Assembly: GCF_006345805.1 (NCBI RefSeq)
Contig: NC_042999.1
Span: 46,810,001-46,874,000, forward strand
Direction: 5' to 3'
Source of the DNA: Octopus sinensis
Lineage: Eukaryota
Length of the DNA: 64,000 bases
Positions 24,184 to 38,206 of this stretch are shown piece after piece. How positions within the stretch are numbered: position 1 is the stretch's first letter; every line of letters starts with the position of its first letter. Below the pieces are notes generated by a model, which had not been told where the DNA came from, did not search any database, and was given only the letters and a program-made list of their open reading frames with translations. The translations under genes and the position numbers were made by a program.

Positions 24184-25100
24184 TTCAGCTGTTCATCGTG
24201 TAAATTTTTTTGTATATCTTCATATGTAGATTAAGAAATAAAAAACTAATAAAAGCAGCGCTATTTTTTTAAATGCATGAGTTACGTATGTCTTATATTA
24301 CTTTATCCACACTAGCTAAATATAAATAAATAAGACAACAAAGATTATACTGAATATATAAGATGGGTGAATGAATTTATGAACATAAAGCGACCAATAA
24401 CCAAAATGAATAATAAAATAAAATACCATTTCCTTGAATATTTCTTTGTGCTATAAAAATATCATTAGTCATTGTTCAGTTAGAAGTGTAAAGCAATATA
24501 TAATCGATTAACATCCATGCTAATTCTCATAAGAAAGTACACAACAATAGAAGAACAATGGAAAAGTAATAACAAATATAAAAATTAATGTTTCTTATGA
24601 AAAAAAGAAAATTAAGAATAATTCGAAGTGAGTAATTGGAAAACAACCTCAAGTGGATAGAGATTTTGAAATTGAAACATATTGAAGCATTGATTACTAT
24701 GAAAATAAATGTGAATAATATTAATCAATCTATAAAGATGATTGAAACAACGAACAACAAACATTAAAATTGATATACATAATTTAATATAGTTCAGATT
24801 GTAAATGAACTACAGTACAAGAAATATTTATATGAACAAGAAGGAGAGAAAACGAAAAAAGTTCTGAAGACAAGTAAAGTAGAACAGTGAAAAACTGTAG
24901 GTCAAGATGAAACGACAAATTATCTCAAGATTAAGAATTACAATTAAAATGAAATGTTATTTTCAACAACATGATGGGCGGTTAAACAAAGCCATAGAAT
25001 GTAAGTGTAAATGCATATGTATATACATTGATAAGACCGCGTGTAGTTAACAAAAATACGCACACTATTCCATATCTCACTATTCTGACCGATGTGTATA

Positions 25101-25184
<84 letters not shown>

Positions 25185-25520
25185 ATATATATATATATAT
25201 ATATAAATAATTGACGATAAAACTCAGGAGATATGGGACGTGAATATTTATTTAATCACCTGAAATCCTTATGATGACTGTCAGTTCACAATCTTCTTCG
25301 TGTAGTGTTAAGTTGAATATGGAGGAAATTATGATGGCATGTTTGTATAAATATGCATACTCAGAATTATTCAATGTAACTGTATATTCACAATTCATTG
25401 CATATATATTTTCTCTAATTTTGTCCTTTAACAGACTATACCACTTTTGGTTACAGATGCCATATTAAAATCATCGGAACAGAAATCGTCATTTGCTGTT
25501 AAATGCAGTATCATATACTA

Positions 25521-26798
25521 TCAGGTTATCCCATAAGTTCCGTTCGAATTTTGAATGAAGAAAACAAGTGATCAACTGTTACCTTCAATTGAAATTTAAT
25601 AATCAATGTACTTTCCCTGATTATCTATGACTTCCTTCCATCTATTTACAAGCTTCTTAATCGCATCAATGTAAATCACTTTTGGATTTAAAGCGAAGAA
25701 CTCTGTAATGTTAGTTTCGACCTTGCGAAAGGTATGTCCCCCAAATTATTCTGTAAACTAAGAAACAAATGGTAGTCTGAAGGAGCAAGGTCAGGAGTAT
25801 AAGTCGGATGAGGAATTTTTTACCAGCGATGTTCTTCGATCTTCTGTGATGAGATCTTTGCAGTGTGGCGTCACGCATTGTCCTGATGAAACATCACCCC
25901 TTTTCAAGTCTGTAAAGCGGGTCTTCTTTTTCTTCAAATCTTGGTTCAAACGCTTTCATTGCTGACAGTAGACTTGAGCATTGATTGTTGCATTAGGTGA
26001 TAACCATCCAAAGTGAATTACCCCTTTGCAATCCCATCAGATATAGAGAAGAACCTTTTTTCCATGAAGTTCCGTTCTTGGATGTGGTTGAGCTTTTTCC
26101 CTTTTACCAAGGCACTGTTTACGACGTTTAACGTTTCGATAAAAGATCCATTTTTCGTCACCAGTCACAAGTCTATCCAAAAAGAGTGAAATGAGTTCAC
26201 GAGAATGGAGAGAAGAGCAAATGTCAATTCAGGATTTGGGGTTGCTTTCGGGCAATTCATGAGACACACATATTCTAAGATTAGGAACCTTTCCAAGGTG
26301 TTGAAAATGACGATGAACAGTTATATGGTTTGAACTAAGCTTTATTGCCAATTCTTCAACTAATAATACAGGTTTTTCTTCAAGTATTGCCTCAAGGAGA
26401 TTATCATCAAACTCAACTAGAAGTCCTGTTCGATCTTCATCTTCAAAGTTGAAATCTCCAATTCTAGATTTTGCAAACCATTTTCTGCAATTCTTTCATT
26501 CAAGCATTCTTTCACATAAATTGAGTGTATGTTTCGCGTCGCTTCGGCAGCAGAGTTTCCTTTTTTTGTAATCATAAAGCATTATGTGCCTTAATTGCTC
26601 TTTGGATACTTCCATGTTAGAAATTGTTTTAATCAAAGAAATTTTAAATTTATTATTCTGTAAAATAATATTTAATTAGTTTAAATATACACAAATGCAG
26701 AAAAAGGATTTTTAATTCCATTAGACATTCTAAAATACGATTAAATTTCATTCAATTTAAAAAAAATTAAATCGGACACAACTTATGGGATGACCTGA
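25521..26798 (-). mobile_element. Full-length defective mariner DNA transposon (1278 bp)
   Basis: ~30-bp TIRs TA-TCAGGTTATCCCATAAGTT and AACTTATGGGATGACCTGA-TA. Minus-strand motifs MEVSKEQLRHIMLY, LVTGDEKWI, FHQDNA and PHPTYTPDLAPSDYHLF, with stops and frameshifts. Confidence 0.93.
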
Positions 26799-27139
26799 TA
26801 TCTATGTCACAAAGTTTAGCTTCGATTAGCTTCATTTCTTGTTATTTTAGGTCATAATACTCTCTCTTTTTTTGCCAGAAAATCTAATTAATAGCCCTGG
26901 CTATTCAAATAACACCTGGAAAAAGACAAATTTAAAATCATATTTCAGAGCGAAAAAATTCCCAATAGAAAATGGACACTAGATTGAATATTTCTGTTAA
27001 TGGCGTCTCTTCTGATTTAAAGTGATTCAATGAAACATTTATAATCATGATAGAAAATGATGAGGACCAATAAATGTGAAGACCAAAATGTGAAGACCAA
27101 AATGTGAAGACCAATAAATCAAATTCACAAGTCTTAGAA

Positions 27140-27620
27140 ACAGATGCTTAATAGCATTACAAATCACAGTAAATCTTAAACAAGCAGCTAAGTCATATGT
27201 ATCTATTACAAGAGTAAGACATCGACTTTATGAAGCAGGATCAAGAGGTTGCTGTGCCGATAGAAAACCATTATAAAGCCTGTAAACAAAATTATAAAGA
27301 AAAAAACAGCATGGGACAAAACTGAGAGAATTTCTATCTTAGAAGTTTGAAACATGGTTTTTGAATGAGTGAATCAAAATTTGAAATGCTTCACTCACGA
27401 AAAGGAGACACGGAGATCTGGAGAAGGAATGGAACCATCAGTGCATAGTCCCAACTTTTAAACATGAAGCAGCTTCGTTGGATATGTTTGAATATGTGGA
27501 TGATAAGGTGGAGGATTTTTGTAATGTTGCCGGTATAAAGAAGTAAAACAGATACCATTACATTTTACAATGACATGAATTACCGAGTGGATTATGCTTG
27601 TTCGGTGTATAGTATATTCT
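27140..27620 (+). pseudogene. Tc1-type transposase remnant
   Basis: VRHRLYEAGSRGCCADRKPL (27214-27273), SESKFE and HQCIVPTFKH match Tc1 motifs RRL..aG......kKP, SDESKF and PTVKHGG. Confidence 0.75.
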
Positions 27621-28339
27621 AATTTGTCATATATGGGGTAAGGATCAGAGGAAGATAGGTATGCATTCTCTGACGGCGAGAGTAGTGAATAATGAAATTC
27701 CTTGATCGAATGAATAATAGTTATAAGTAATATCCGTTAGCAATTTCAACGTTCGATGCTACGAATCTCGTCTTCATACAGAAGACTAATAATGCTATAG
27801 CATTTTGTGAAATTAAGAAATTAAGAAATGTCGTAGCTGTTACATATATTAAAATATTAATACATAAATTTTTTTTCACTAGTTTCAGCTCAGAGCTGCG
27901 GCCATGCTGGTGCACCGCCGTTTATATAGGTATATATATATATATACTGTCTCTATAATAGTTTTGTGGATTAATACAAGCAAATAAATAACTGAATGAA
28001 ATATATCTGCGCATGACTATATACAAAACACGAATGTTTTGTGTATGCTTACATTGTTATGCTGAAGGGCTGAAAGTGAAGTAACACACTTCAGTCATAA
28101 TAGCATTAAACATTTGTACTTTGTTCACATTTCATAGTGTCTCCCTCACCACTTTAAATTTATCTAAGTTTAAATATCTTTTCCTTTTACTGAAGCATTT
28201 TGTTGCTATCAAATAATTTTCTTTTCAAGTCAGTATGCCTGTCATATTTTCTCTCTGCTATGAAGGTCAATGATTCTTTCCTTCATTATTCTCTACTTCT
28301 AACGTTGGCAAAGTTTGACCAAAATCTGTTTGGAAACAT

Positions 28340-29330
28340 ACTACATTTCGTTATTTTTACCTGCTTTCGAATATAGGCCAACAAACCGACTAAAGAAATC
28401 AGATGATAAACGCGTCTGATATACTTTATTTATTCTACTTTCTATGAAGCATGATATTTCCGCCTGAAAACTTCCAGAATAGTTTCACCTCTTTGGACAT
28501 AAAACCAGTTAAAAACAATATCACAAATTTGTATTATATGATATTTGTTTTATGCTATGCGATATTAAAACTCAAAAATGTTTCATAAATGTTTTTTTCT
28601 TTCGCTTTGCATCAAACCTACCATTCTAAATTTATCTCCGTAAAGATTTAAGCCAATAACTACATTTTGTTGCTAAAGGCTACATTGGCAAATATCCTGT
28701 TATCGTTTCTTTTCATTCGTTTATGAGAGTGTAATAAACAATAACTTGAATTCGTTTACGTTCTTCCTCCTTAGAATCTACTATATATTTTAAAATTCCT
28801 TCCTAACTAATAAAAACCACACAAAGTAATATATGTGGGGAAGCAACATTTATTCCACAAAACATCATTTTTAATATAAAATATATGAGAAATTCCGTTT
28901 TTCTTTTTTTAAGTACTGTCTTCGTCAGAAAATCTACAATATTTTAGATGAATTTTCTGATTCAAAGTCAGCAATCAGTGGCTGTTTAGTAAAAAATTGC
29001 ATACGTCTTCCAGAATGTACAGACGCACCATAATTTATTTAATCAACACTTTTATTTTTGCAGTCAAAATGAGATTTTCTCCCCTGATTTAATTATACAT
29101 GTAGTTTACCTGTTTTTATCGTACTTATTTTGTATTATTCTACTAAACTAACTCATGCGTATCATAAAGAGCTGATGATTGTCGAAACACTGGTCTTAGA
29201 TAATACCAGCATATAAAAAAATAAAAATAATATCTAAAACTGTACGCCTCTTATTTATAAGAATTGATTCTATATCAACATATATTTCTCTATTTTTTGT
29301 CATATCCCCAAAATATAAAACTCCACTCTT
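28340..29330 (+). pseudogene. Heavily decayed Penelope-like element 3' region with hammerhead-like motif
   Basis: Scattered fragments CFRI....KEI, YIGKY, YVGK and DSKSAI resemble the PLE thumb, linker and GIY-YIG. CTGATGA-TTGTC-GAAAC-ACTG-GTC at 29172-29195. Confidence 0.4.
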
Positions 29331-29905
29331 CTTATGCACGCGAAGTTACTAAGTCTTTCACTCATTTACAAATCTAAAATATACGATTAAAAAAAAACAT
29401 TATTGCGTATCTTGTAGTATTTGAATATTAGCACTGTCAGCGATAGACTACACTCCATGCAAGCTTGCTTGCTTGGCTACAACCTATCGTTGCAGACACA
29501 GACTTTTCGGGCTATTAAGTGGCAGCCTTTGAGTCATACCGATCTGCTGGACCCATATCTGTTTCTCTTTATGAGCTGATTCAATTGATGCGTGGCCACA
29601 ACCCCAACTCATACCGTTTGTAGTTCTTCGATTAAAAAGATCGAATTAAACGCCAGCTCTTGTTTGAAGCATCAAGTTCAACGTGGATTCTGAATGCGCT
29701 TTTATTGCACTTGATGGCTAAATCTTTCTCGCCAGAAAGTACACGCAGCATGCATGAAGTAGAATGCATTATGTAACTGTAGATTATACAGAGTTAAATA
29801 TTCATCACTCTATGTCTTAACAAACAAGTAATATATATATTTACACACACACAGACACATACATACATACATACATAGCAGTTTAGCCAGGTGTATATAT
29901 ATATA

Positions 29906-30324
29906 TCACCGTGACCGACCAGGCCATCAGATGTTGCTACACATCGCTGGTCACAATGCGCTTCGCATTGTTTTAGCCTTCAAATGACGCTAAACGAGCA
30001 GACCAACAGAAGAAAGAGTAAGAGAAAGTTGCGGCGAAAGATTACAACAGGGATCACCACCACCTCCTGCCGGAGCCTCGTGGAGCTAAAGAGTAAGAGA
30101 AAGTTGCGGCGAAAGATTACAGCAGGGATCACCACCACCTCTTGCCGGAGCCTCGTGGAGCTAAAGAGTAAGAGAAAGTTGCGGCGAAAGATTACAGCAG
30201 GGATCACCACCACCTCCTGCCGGAGCCTCGTGGAGCTTTAGGTGTTTTCGCTCAAAAAACACTCACAACGCCCGGTCTGGGAATCGAAACCGCGAGTTCG
30301 CTGCCCTAACCACTGCGCCTCCAC
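29906..30324 (-). mobile_element. SINE family C, tail type 2, with internal 3x75-bp tandem repeat
   Basis: Same head as 17648-18014. Units start at 30013, 30088 and 30163. Confidence 0.88.
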
Positions 30325-30405
30325 ACACATATATATAGACATACATACATATATATATATACACATATATATATGTATATATATATATATCCATATATAT
30401 ATACA

Positions 30406-30475
<70 letters not shown>

Positions 30476-31963
30476 TACACGTGTGCGCTGCGCGTGTTTG
30501 AGAGTGTTTGCGTGTATGTGTGCAAAAACACACATGAGATTGCTAGAGCTTTCAAACCTTTTGAATTATGCCAGCTTGCAAACTATCGGACAGGTCATCC
30601 ACAGTATGAAGGTATGTACTATACAATAAATACACTTGCAGAACATGCAATGAAGTGTCATAGTCCTGTAGCAACTCACCCACTCTCTTTCGGTGAAAAC
30701 CTATGTTACTGACAGAGAAACTATTAAATGCCAGTTAGCTATAAATGCTTTAACGTTTTTTCAATATCATTCTGTTTTGACTGCGTGTATTATTTCTTCT
30801 TTAGACAAAAACATTTCGATTCAGACAAACAACCTCGTTATGAGAAAGATAAAATAAGAATAAATATTCAAAATAATGCCAGGATGAAAGAAATATGTAT
30901 CTAAACTAAATGAAGAACGGTTTCGGAAGATATATTTGTAAATATATCCGCATTTAAAAAAAATCCGCATTAAAAAAAAAATTAATATGAGTACAATTGC
31001 TCAATTTTTCTTGGTGTTTTCAAGTGTGATCTCTTACATGGATAACCCAATAATAAGGTTTTTCGAATCATGTTAAAAATATTCAAAAGTAGGTGAAATT
31101 TCAAAACATTCTTACTGAAAGTTTAAGTTGAAGAGAAGTAGAAAAATACCATTTTAGAAATTGGAAACAGAAAAGAAAAACAATCAGTTATGCAGTAAGC
31201 AACTTTTGAATACAATCAAGTATAACTTCATTATTAAGTATTGAAAGATTTGATTAGAGAATGCGCATGGATATCTATCTAGACTGTGTCGAGGACAATC
31301 GAGGAAGGATATTCGAGTGTGATAGAGATCAGGGAAAGGATGTAGGAATTCTAATATTTTTAATAAAATTATTTACGAGCTATTGTAAAACATACATACA
31401 GACACAAATCCAAACGTAAGGACACACAAACATACACACAGACATGTGCGTGCGCACACACACGCAGCTATTTGTGAATATAAAGTAGAGTCGTCATTTG
31501 ATTTTCATGTAAAACATTTCACGTGTAAATCAGCTTATTTTGGTATAAATCTGGCAAGCTAATGATTTCTAAACTGTTCATATTTGCTTCGACTGCTTGT
31601 GTTTGTTGCACCAACTGGTTTAACCCTTGGAACTTCCGAATGAATTTATAATCTTTTACGCATATATATTTGTTAATAGTCACAGCAATTTGTAAACGAA
31701 CTTTCGATTCTCCAGTCAGCTCTATTATGGGCTGCCTCTCGTTCTCTCTAATATCTCATGCCTTCTAAAATTTCTGCTGGAAATGAAACTGCTTAAATAC
31801 CATGAACTAAATGAATTAAGTATAAATTAAAATAGCTTGAATTGCATATCAGCTATAGTTCACAAGTGACTCGGTTTGCCATTAAATTATTTTTTACCCT
31901 TTATCGGAAGCATGATATTTCTATTACTAGTGAAAACATTTAAATCCTTGTTATTTACGTATT

Positions 31964-32264
31964 GTTTGTTCCTTCTCAAGCCATGCTTGGTTCATAAGAG
32001 CCGGTTTCCCGGTTTCCTTGGCGTATAGGTTCCCCATCAGGCCGGGACGCCGGTCCATCGCAGGTGAGCTGCAAGATGCAGGAGGAAAGAGTGAGAGAAA
32101 GTTGTGGCGAAAGAGGCAGCAGAAATTCGCCATTACCATCTGCCGTAACCGCGTGGAGCTTAGGAGTTTCGCTCATAAACTACACATCGCTCGGTCTGAT
32201 ATTCGAACCCGCGATCCCTCGATTGCGAGTTCGCTGCTCTAACTACTAGTCCAGGTGCCTCCAC
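31964..32264 (-). mobile_element. SINE family C, tail type 3
   Basis: Same head. 16-bp TSD TTGTTATTTACGTATT (31948-31963) / TTGTTATATACGTATT (32265-32280). Confidence 0.88.
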
Positions 32265-34452
32265 TTGTTATATACGTATTAGCCAGATAAAAATAACGCC
32301 ATCAGTAATGTAAAACACTTTCAGACAACGCTTGATATCCTAGATTTATGTCATGGAAATCTTAATGTCAGGGACTTGATGCGAGCATCAAACTATATTA
32401 TTAAAGAAATTCATTTTAAAATTTCTAATTTTTCTTAAATTTGTAAATCGGATTGTTAGTAGTGTTCACCACTTAGTTTCTAACTCTTCAATATTTACAA
32501 CAAATGCAATAAGATAAATTTCGACTGTGAGCACACATGAAATCATCGACTGAATTCGAAACAAGAATCTCTAGAGCTAAAACAAAGAAGTAATTGACCA
32601 ATAATATGTTCCAGGATTGGTGAACTCAAATATATGTCAAGATACATGTTATTGCTTTTAATCCCTGGTAGTTCCTATTTTCTTAGATTGTGTTTGGTTG
32701 TATATTCATCGGAAGCATTCGTCATATTTCAAAACGCTATTACATCCTGGACTACGCCTCGCATTTCTTCAATCAATTTCATCTGTCCACGTGTGGCGTG
32801 ATTTATTTGACTATATTCTTAAAATTGAATCAAGATGTTTTCTCCGGTAAAATTTACCATTAAAGGTTCCTAATCTTTCGTATTTTCATAATTTATTAGT
32901 TTTAAAAATAGCAAAGCAACCTTATCAGTATCGAGTGATAATAGTAATTGCATGTTCTTCGCGCGCACTCCAATAGTGTCAAATATGCCCTATTTAAAAC
33001 TATTTTAGTGACTGAATATTTAAATCGTCCTCCGTGAAGAGATTTGATGAAATAACAGATATTTCCTATCTATTGAAAATGATTACTCAATATGCTGTTA
33101 GTGATTTACAACACACAGACTTTACACCCAGGTCAAATAAGGAAACGCAATATATTTAAACTTTCAGGTCCCTATAACTACCATGAAACTCATATGAATG
33201 GCAAGATATATGTGCACACTCACTGCTGGTACAAATGCATTACTTTCAGTCATCTTTTAGTTTTGTTATATATTAGCTGTTTGTCTTGATAGTATTTCTG
33301 TTATTGTTATTGTTTTTCGAATTATTAGCCCAAGTATCTGCAGTAAGATACCGTATATAGTTTTGTTTTCTGTATTACGTGCGTGTGCTGCTATTAATGC
33401 TAATAATTTTACTGCTGATTTGGAAATTGTTTTAATTACACGGGATGTTATCATGTGCTTGTTCCTATTCAAAGAAAACCCAGGTGACCACTATTTTTGA
33501 AATTATCTATCACCTTCACCACCTTTCGAAACAAATTCCTGCTATGAAGGCAGAAAGAAATTTGTAAAATTTCTTTTTTGATATAATGTGATATGAAAAA
33601 GCAATAACAAATATAATTTATATTAGTAAAAATAAGACAACTTAAATTAACTGAATTAACAAGTTTGTTTTGGCAAAAAGATAATCATTAATGAATTTAG
33701 CATGCACAAGATAAATATAACGCACATGTGGCAGGTGTCTTTCGGACGCACAACATCATTATTAAAATAGTTACAATACGAATATATGTTAGACGAACGG
33801 AGAAACTAATACAAATGATAGAAAGCGAGCAAACGTATGAACATCTCCTGTCTATTTCTGGATATGCCATCTAATAGAACATGTTGAGGGTACCAAAAGC
33901 TGTGAATAGCATAGAGTCATATAATATATGTTAAATAAGCTAGTTATAAAATACGTATAATAACAAATACTACTACAAAATTTCAAGCTAAGATGTTGGT
34001 AATAGTAAATCTTACATGCCAGTACATAGACACATACAGAAAAGTATGAGTGGCTAAAACACAGTCACTACTGGCTAGGATGCTCGAGTCACAAAGCAAG
34101 AACTGAACAGTTATTGATCATATCACAACACTGAAGATTACACATCAGAAACTATTAAAAGCATATAATGAAGTAGATTACAAAACGGAACTGCAGAATA
34201 TATGAATATAAGGAAGGATATGAAGACAAAAAAAAAATCAATTTTAAATTTTCTGCCTCCTCAGCGAAACTAAAATAGACTACATAATCTTACAGGGCAG
34301 ACTTTTAGGTTTCGTACACTGGAACTATGATAAAATTATCGAGTAACTTTAGTCTTTCTGATATTCTTTTACTAATTTCAGTGTACTAACTAGGACATTG
34401 TTACATCTCAGAATTTAGTTGATCATACTGCTTTCATTATGTATTTTATCGA

Positions 34453-34560
34453 AGGCGGCGAGATGGCATCATCGTTAGCACGCCGAATACTTAGCGATAT
34501 TTTGCCCCTCGCTACTTTCTCCGTTCAAACGCTACCGAGGTCGAGTTTGCCTTTCATCCG
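34453..34560 (+). mobile_element. SINE family B 5' half
   Basis: GGCGGCGAGATGGCATCATCGTTAGCACGCCG...GAGGTCGAGTTTGCCTTTCATCC, truncated against the Tx1 fragment. Confidence 0.8.
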
Positions 34561-34564
34561 AATT

Positions 34565-37135
34565 CTTATTCACCTGGAGGTGTGGTCCGAACTAAATCCC
34601 AAACATCTTTACCGACCAGTCCGTCCAGCGCCCAACGATGCTGCTGGACGACATGGACTTGCTTCACCAGGTACCGAGCTGCAAACCCATCGACCCTTCC
34701 AGCTTAAATTTTTCTCCCGTCAACTTTTCTTATTCCTCCAGTGATGTGCCGACCACCTCGATTTCTGAGGTGTCTGACACCATCACGGTGATGAAGTTTG
34801 CATAAACCGACACAGCACTTCCGCGTCCGGTTTCGAGCGGAATGCCCTGCAGCAGCTTCAGCTTCTGCAGTAAATGCTCAAGAGTCAATACGTACAGAAA
34901 GGAGGAGAGAGGGCATCCTTGACGGATCGATCTGGAGATCTGAAACGCCTACGAGAGGTGGCCATTAACTTTGACCACCGAGCATATGCCACAGTTCCTT
35001 GCAGATATCCAACCTGTAAAGGCGGGGCCGAAGCCAGCTACCATGAAGACAGTCTCCGGGTACCGATGGTCGACCATATCGAGTGCTTTCGATAGACCAA
35101 AATTGATCCGTGCGTAGCGATGCCAGTTTTACCTCGCACCATTTCTATGATGTATCACATATGTTGGGAGTTGTCCTGTATGGACCTGGCCGGGGATGCG
35201 CATTTTTGCGCCACCCAGGCGAAATCTTCGACGACAAGCACCAACCTCATAGCTAGAACTTTTACCAAAATCTTAAAGTCTGTATTTAGAGTTATCGGCC
35301 TGAAGTTATCTAATGTGTCCCTTTTGTTTTAGCCTTTCCTTATCAGCATCATTATGCGCCGGCTCACAGCACTGGGGATTGTTCTGTTCTGCTGTCAGTC
35401 ACAATAGAGCGCTCCGAGTAGATAGGAGAACAAGTCTGGCATATTTACGTGAATCTCGTAGGGCAGACCAACCAAACCGGGTGACTTATACATCATTGTG
35501 CAGCCGAGAAGGTCACGCTGAATTCCGGCTGAAGTTATCTGCTCTTCGCAGCATTCAGCGTCGGCCGTCAAGAGGTGCGGCAAGCCGTCGAAGTAGGAGC
35601 CGAAATCCGCTACTGTCTCTGACCCGCCACTCCCCGCGAACAACTGAGCAAAGCACTGGCGAAAGGCCTCATACGTCTGCCTGAAATCACCCAGCTCGTG
35701 TCCCTCTCGGTCCGTGAAAGACCGAATTGCGGTCTTGTTACCGCGCTGCGTCTATGCCACGCGGTCCCATCGAAGAACTTTGGTCTCCTCGTTTGTCAGA
35801 GCACGCACCTTAACTCTGACAATGCAACCTTCATCTTTCGCATTGAAAAAATGGTCTAATGCCACTCCCACTGCTAGCCCGTCGATTTCAATGCCACTAT
35901 AATTAGCCTCGTCTAACTTAGCTACTAGCTACTTCTTTCAATTTTTTTAACGTTTCTTCTGTGCTAAATCCGATCGACATTTCTCTAATCTTTTTTGAGA
36001 GTCTGCCATGACATGTTGTTGACGATTCCCCATGTCAACTTTTGGTGGACTAAATTATTGACCCGGTATCTGTAAGCCTTACGTGAGGGAAACATATTCA
36101 GCTTTCAGTAACCGGGTCCTAACCTACGCGTTTTATCTAGGTCGACAGTACAGATTACAAACATGTGATCTGAATAGGTGACTGTTTTAAAAAGAGGACA
36201 TCCTACACTATTACTGTCTATTTTCCTAGTGAAAATCTTCTCCATATACGACCTAGAAGACCCTATGTAGTTGGTCCAGGTCAACACTGGTGCATCCGGG
36301 AAATCTCGACCGTACCTGCCAGACAGTTGGAACTGGCCAATCAGGTGCTTCAGACTTTTGTAGCATCCGCTCTACTCCCACACAATCCCAGCGTGTTTCT
36401 AAGATGCTATTCCACTCGCCCACTAACAGTAATGGGCGAGACGTGCCTAGAAAGTCTACCAAGCGCTTAAAGAAATGTAGCCATTTGGTCCTGGCAGGGG
36501 CGTAGACGGCTACCTGTCTAAAAACCCCACCTTCGCTATTACTCGCGCCCAAGACCACTAATTTACTGTCTGGGTCCCGAAAGATCAATCTTACCTCGAG
36601 ATCTGGGTCTTTCCTAAACAGCATTGCCGCCCCTTCTCCCATTCCCAGACGACGAATAGATACAAAGATCTGAGAGTCATCGAAAATGGGGCCTAGTGCG
36701 CGTGTGTTGGAAATCCACGTTTCCTTGCATGTATTGTTGATGTTGCTGTTGCTGCTGCTTCTACGACGACTACTACTATTACTAATGCTGCGGCTGCTGC
36801 TACTGCCGCTGCTTCTGGCATCGGTGGTAGCTGTGGTGATGGTGGTGTTCTCGCTTGTATTGCTGGTGTTTGTAATTTTCTCTTGTTTCTGCAGTGGTAA
36901 AGGGAATCCGTGTTCATACGCTCCACGTGCAATATTGTTGCTTTTGTTATTGTTGATGCTATTGTTGTTGTTGTGGTTGTTGCTACAGCAGTCGCTGTGT
37001 TGTTGAACTTAGCTGTTCTGTCTTGCGGATAAGCATTCGCCATCTTGGATTTTAGCGAAAAAAAGGGGGCGTTGTTACCCAAACAAATCCGAAAATAGCC
37101 TCTAAGGGCTACAAACGGGAAAGAACTAACCAGTT
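34565..37135 (-). mobile_element. Defective Tx1/L1-clade LINE (5' UTR, ORF1 start, APE endonuclease, RT)
   Basis: Minus strand: Thr-rich ORF1 start MANAYPQD, EN motifs ETWI, VAVYAP, LVGEWN and SDH, and RT motifs SKALDMVDHRY, SIRQGCPLS and VYANF (decayed YADD). GC-rich relative to the flanks. Confidence 0.85.
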
Positions 37136-37258
37136 CTCCAAGGCCCTGATTTGTTTAACTAAGTAACAATAACAAATGTACAATGTAAAACAATGTATAA
37201 ACATATGAATAATAGCAAAATTACGCAGCATTATGCAAGCACTTGTCGATGGACGAAG

Positions 37259-37302
37259 AAAAACAACAACAAAGACAACAACAAAAACAACAACTACAAC
37301 AG

Positions 37303-37333
<31 letters not shown>

Positions 37334-37355
37334 AATGATAATAATAATGATGATG

Positions 37356-37401
<46 letters not shown>
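37259..37401. repeat. (AAC)n-(AAT)n microsatellite
   Basis: Seen directly. Confidence 0.95.
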
Positions 37402-37402
<1 letters not shown>

Positions 37403-37659
37403 TTCCAGAATACAGTGAGCAGTAACAATACTCTAGTGATACATCACTAAAGTATGTGGAGTCTGAAAATACTGGTCGATAAGTCAGTGATTTGTATTTG
37501 GCAATGTTTCTCGTTTCGTTTCTCTTTTACTATTATTATAGTTATATAATTTCTCTCTCCAACTCTCTTAGAAATATATGGCGCTAAGATTTACTACTAT
37601 AATATTTGCGGTGAATATATTTATACATGTGAGAATATGTATATGAATTCATATATTTG

Positions 37660-37693
<34 letters not shown>

Positions 37694-37774
37694 TGTATGT
37701 ATGTATGTATATATGTATTTTTGTATGCATGAATGGATATACAGGTTGGGCCAAAGACACCCTCAAAACTGACA

Positions 37775-37950
37775 TTTTATGTACGTTACTTTGTTGAGCA
37801 GAAACAGCACGTCGGTCAAAAATGCTTTGCGTCATTTCGTCCGTCCTTACGTCCAGATCCTGCCGAGGTCACTTTTGCCTTTTCTTCTTTCAGGGGTCGC
37901 CGAAATAAATACCAGGCAGGCACTGGGTTAATGTAGTCAACTAGACCCCT
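37775..37950 (+). mobile_element. SINE family B (degraded)
   Basis: AAAATGCTT...CATTTCGTCCGTC...GCCGAGGTCAC.TTTGCCTTT...GGGGTCG...CACTGGG. Confidence 0.7.
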
Positions 37951-38095
37951 TATCATCATTATTAATATTATTGCGTGAATGAGCAGTGCATGCCATCATA
38001 GTGACACTGGGGTAGAATACTCTGATTTCTCACTACGTTTCGTATCCGAGAAGTCATACATACGTTTATATATGTACGTATATGTATACGTATAT

Positions 38096-38206
<111 letters not shown>

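Noticed and set aside
27066-27119. 14-bp tandem repeat GACCAAAATGTGAA
   Set aside because: Short slippage duplication next to the Tc1 remnant with no sign of function.
30013-30237. CRISPR-like array (also 48773-49139)
   Set aside because: Head-to-tail repeats with no unique spacers, in a eukaryotic context with no cas genes.
33690-34200. Possible very old LINE remnant (also an SDH-like motif at about 46955)
   Set aside because: Only isolated 3-5 residue motifs, too weak to call without a search.
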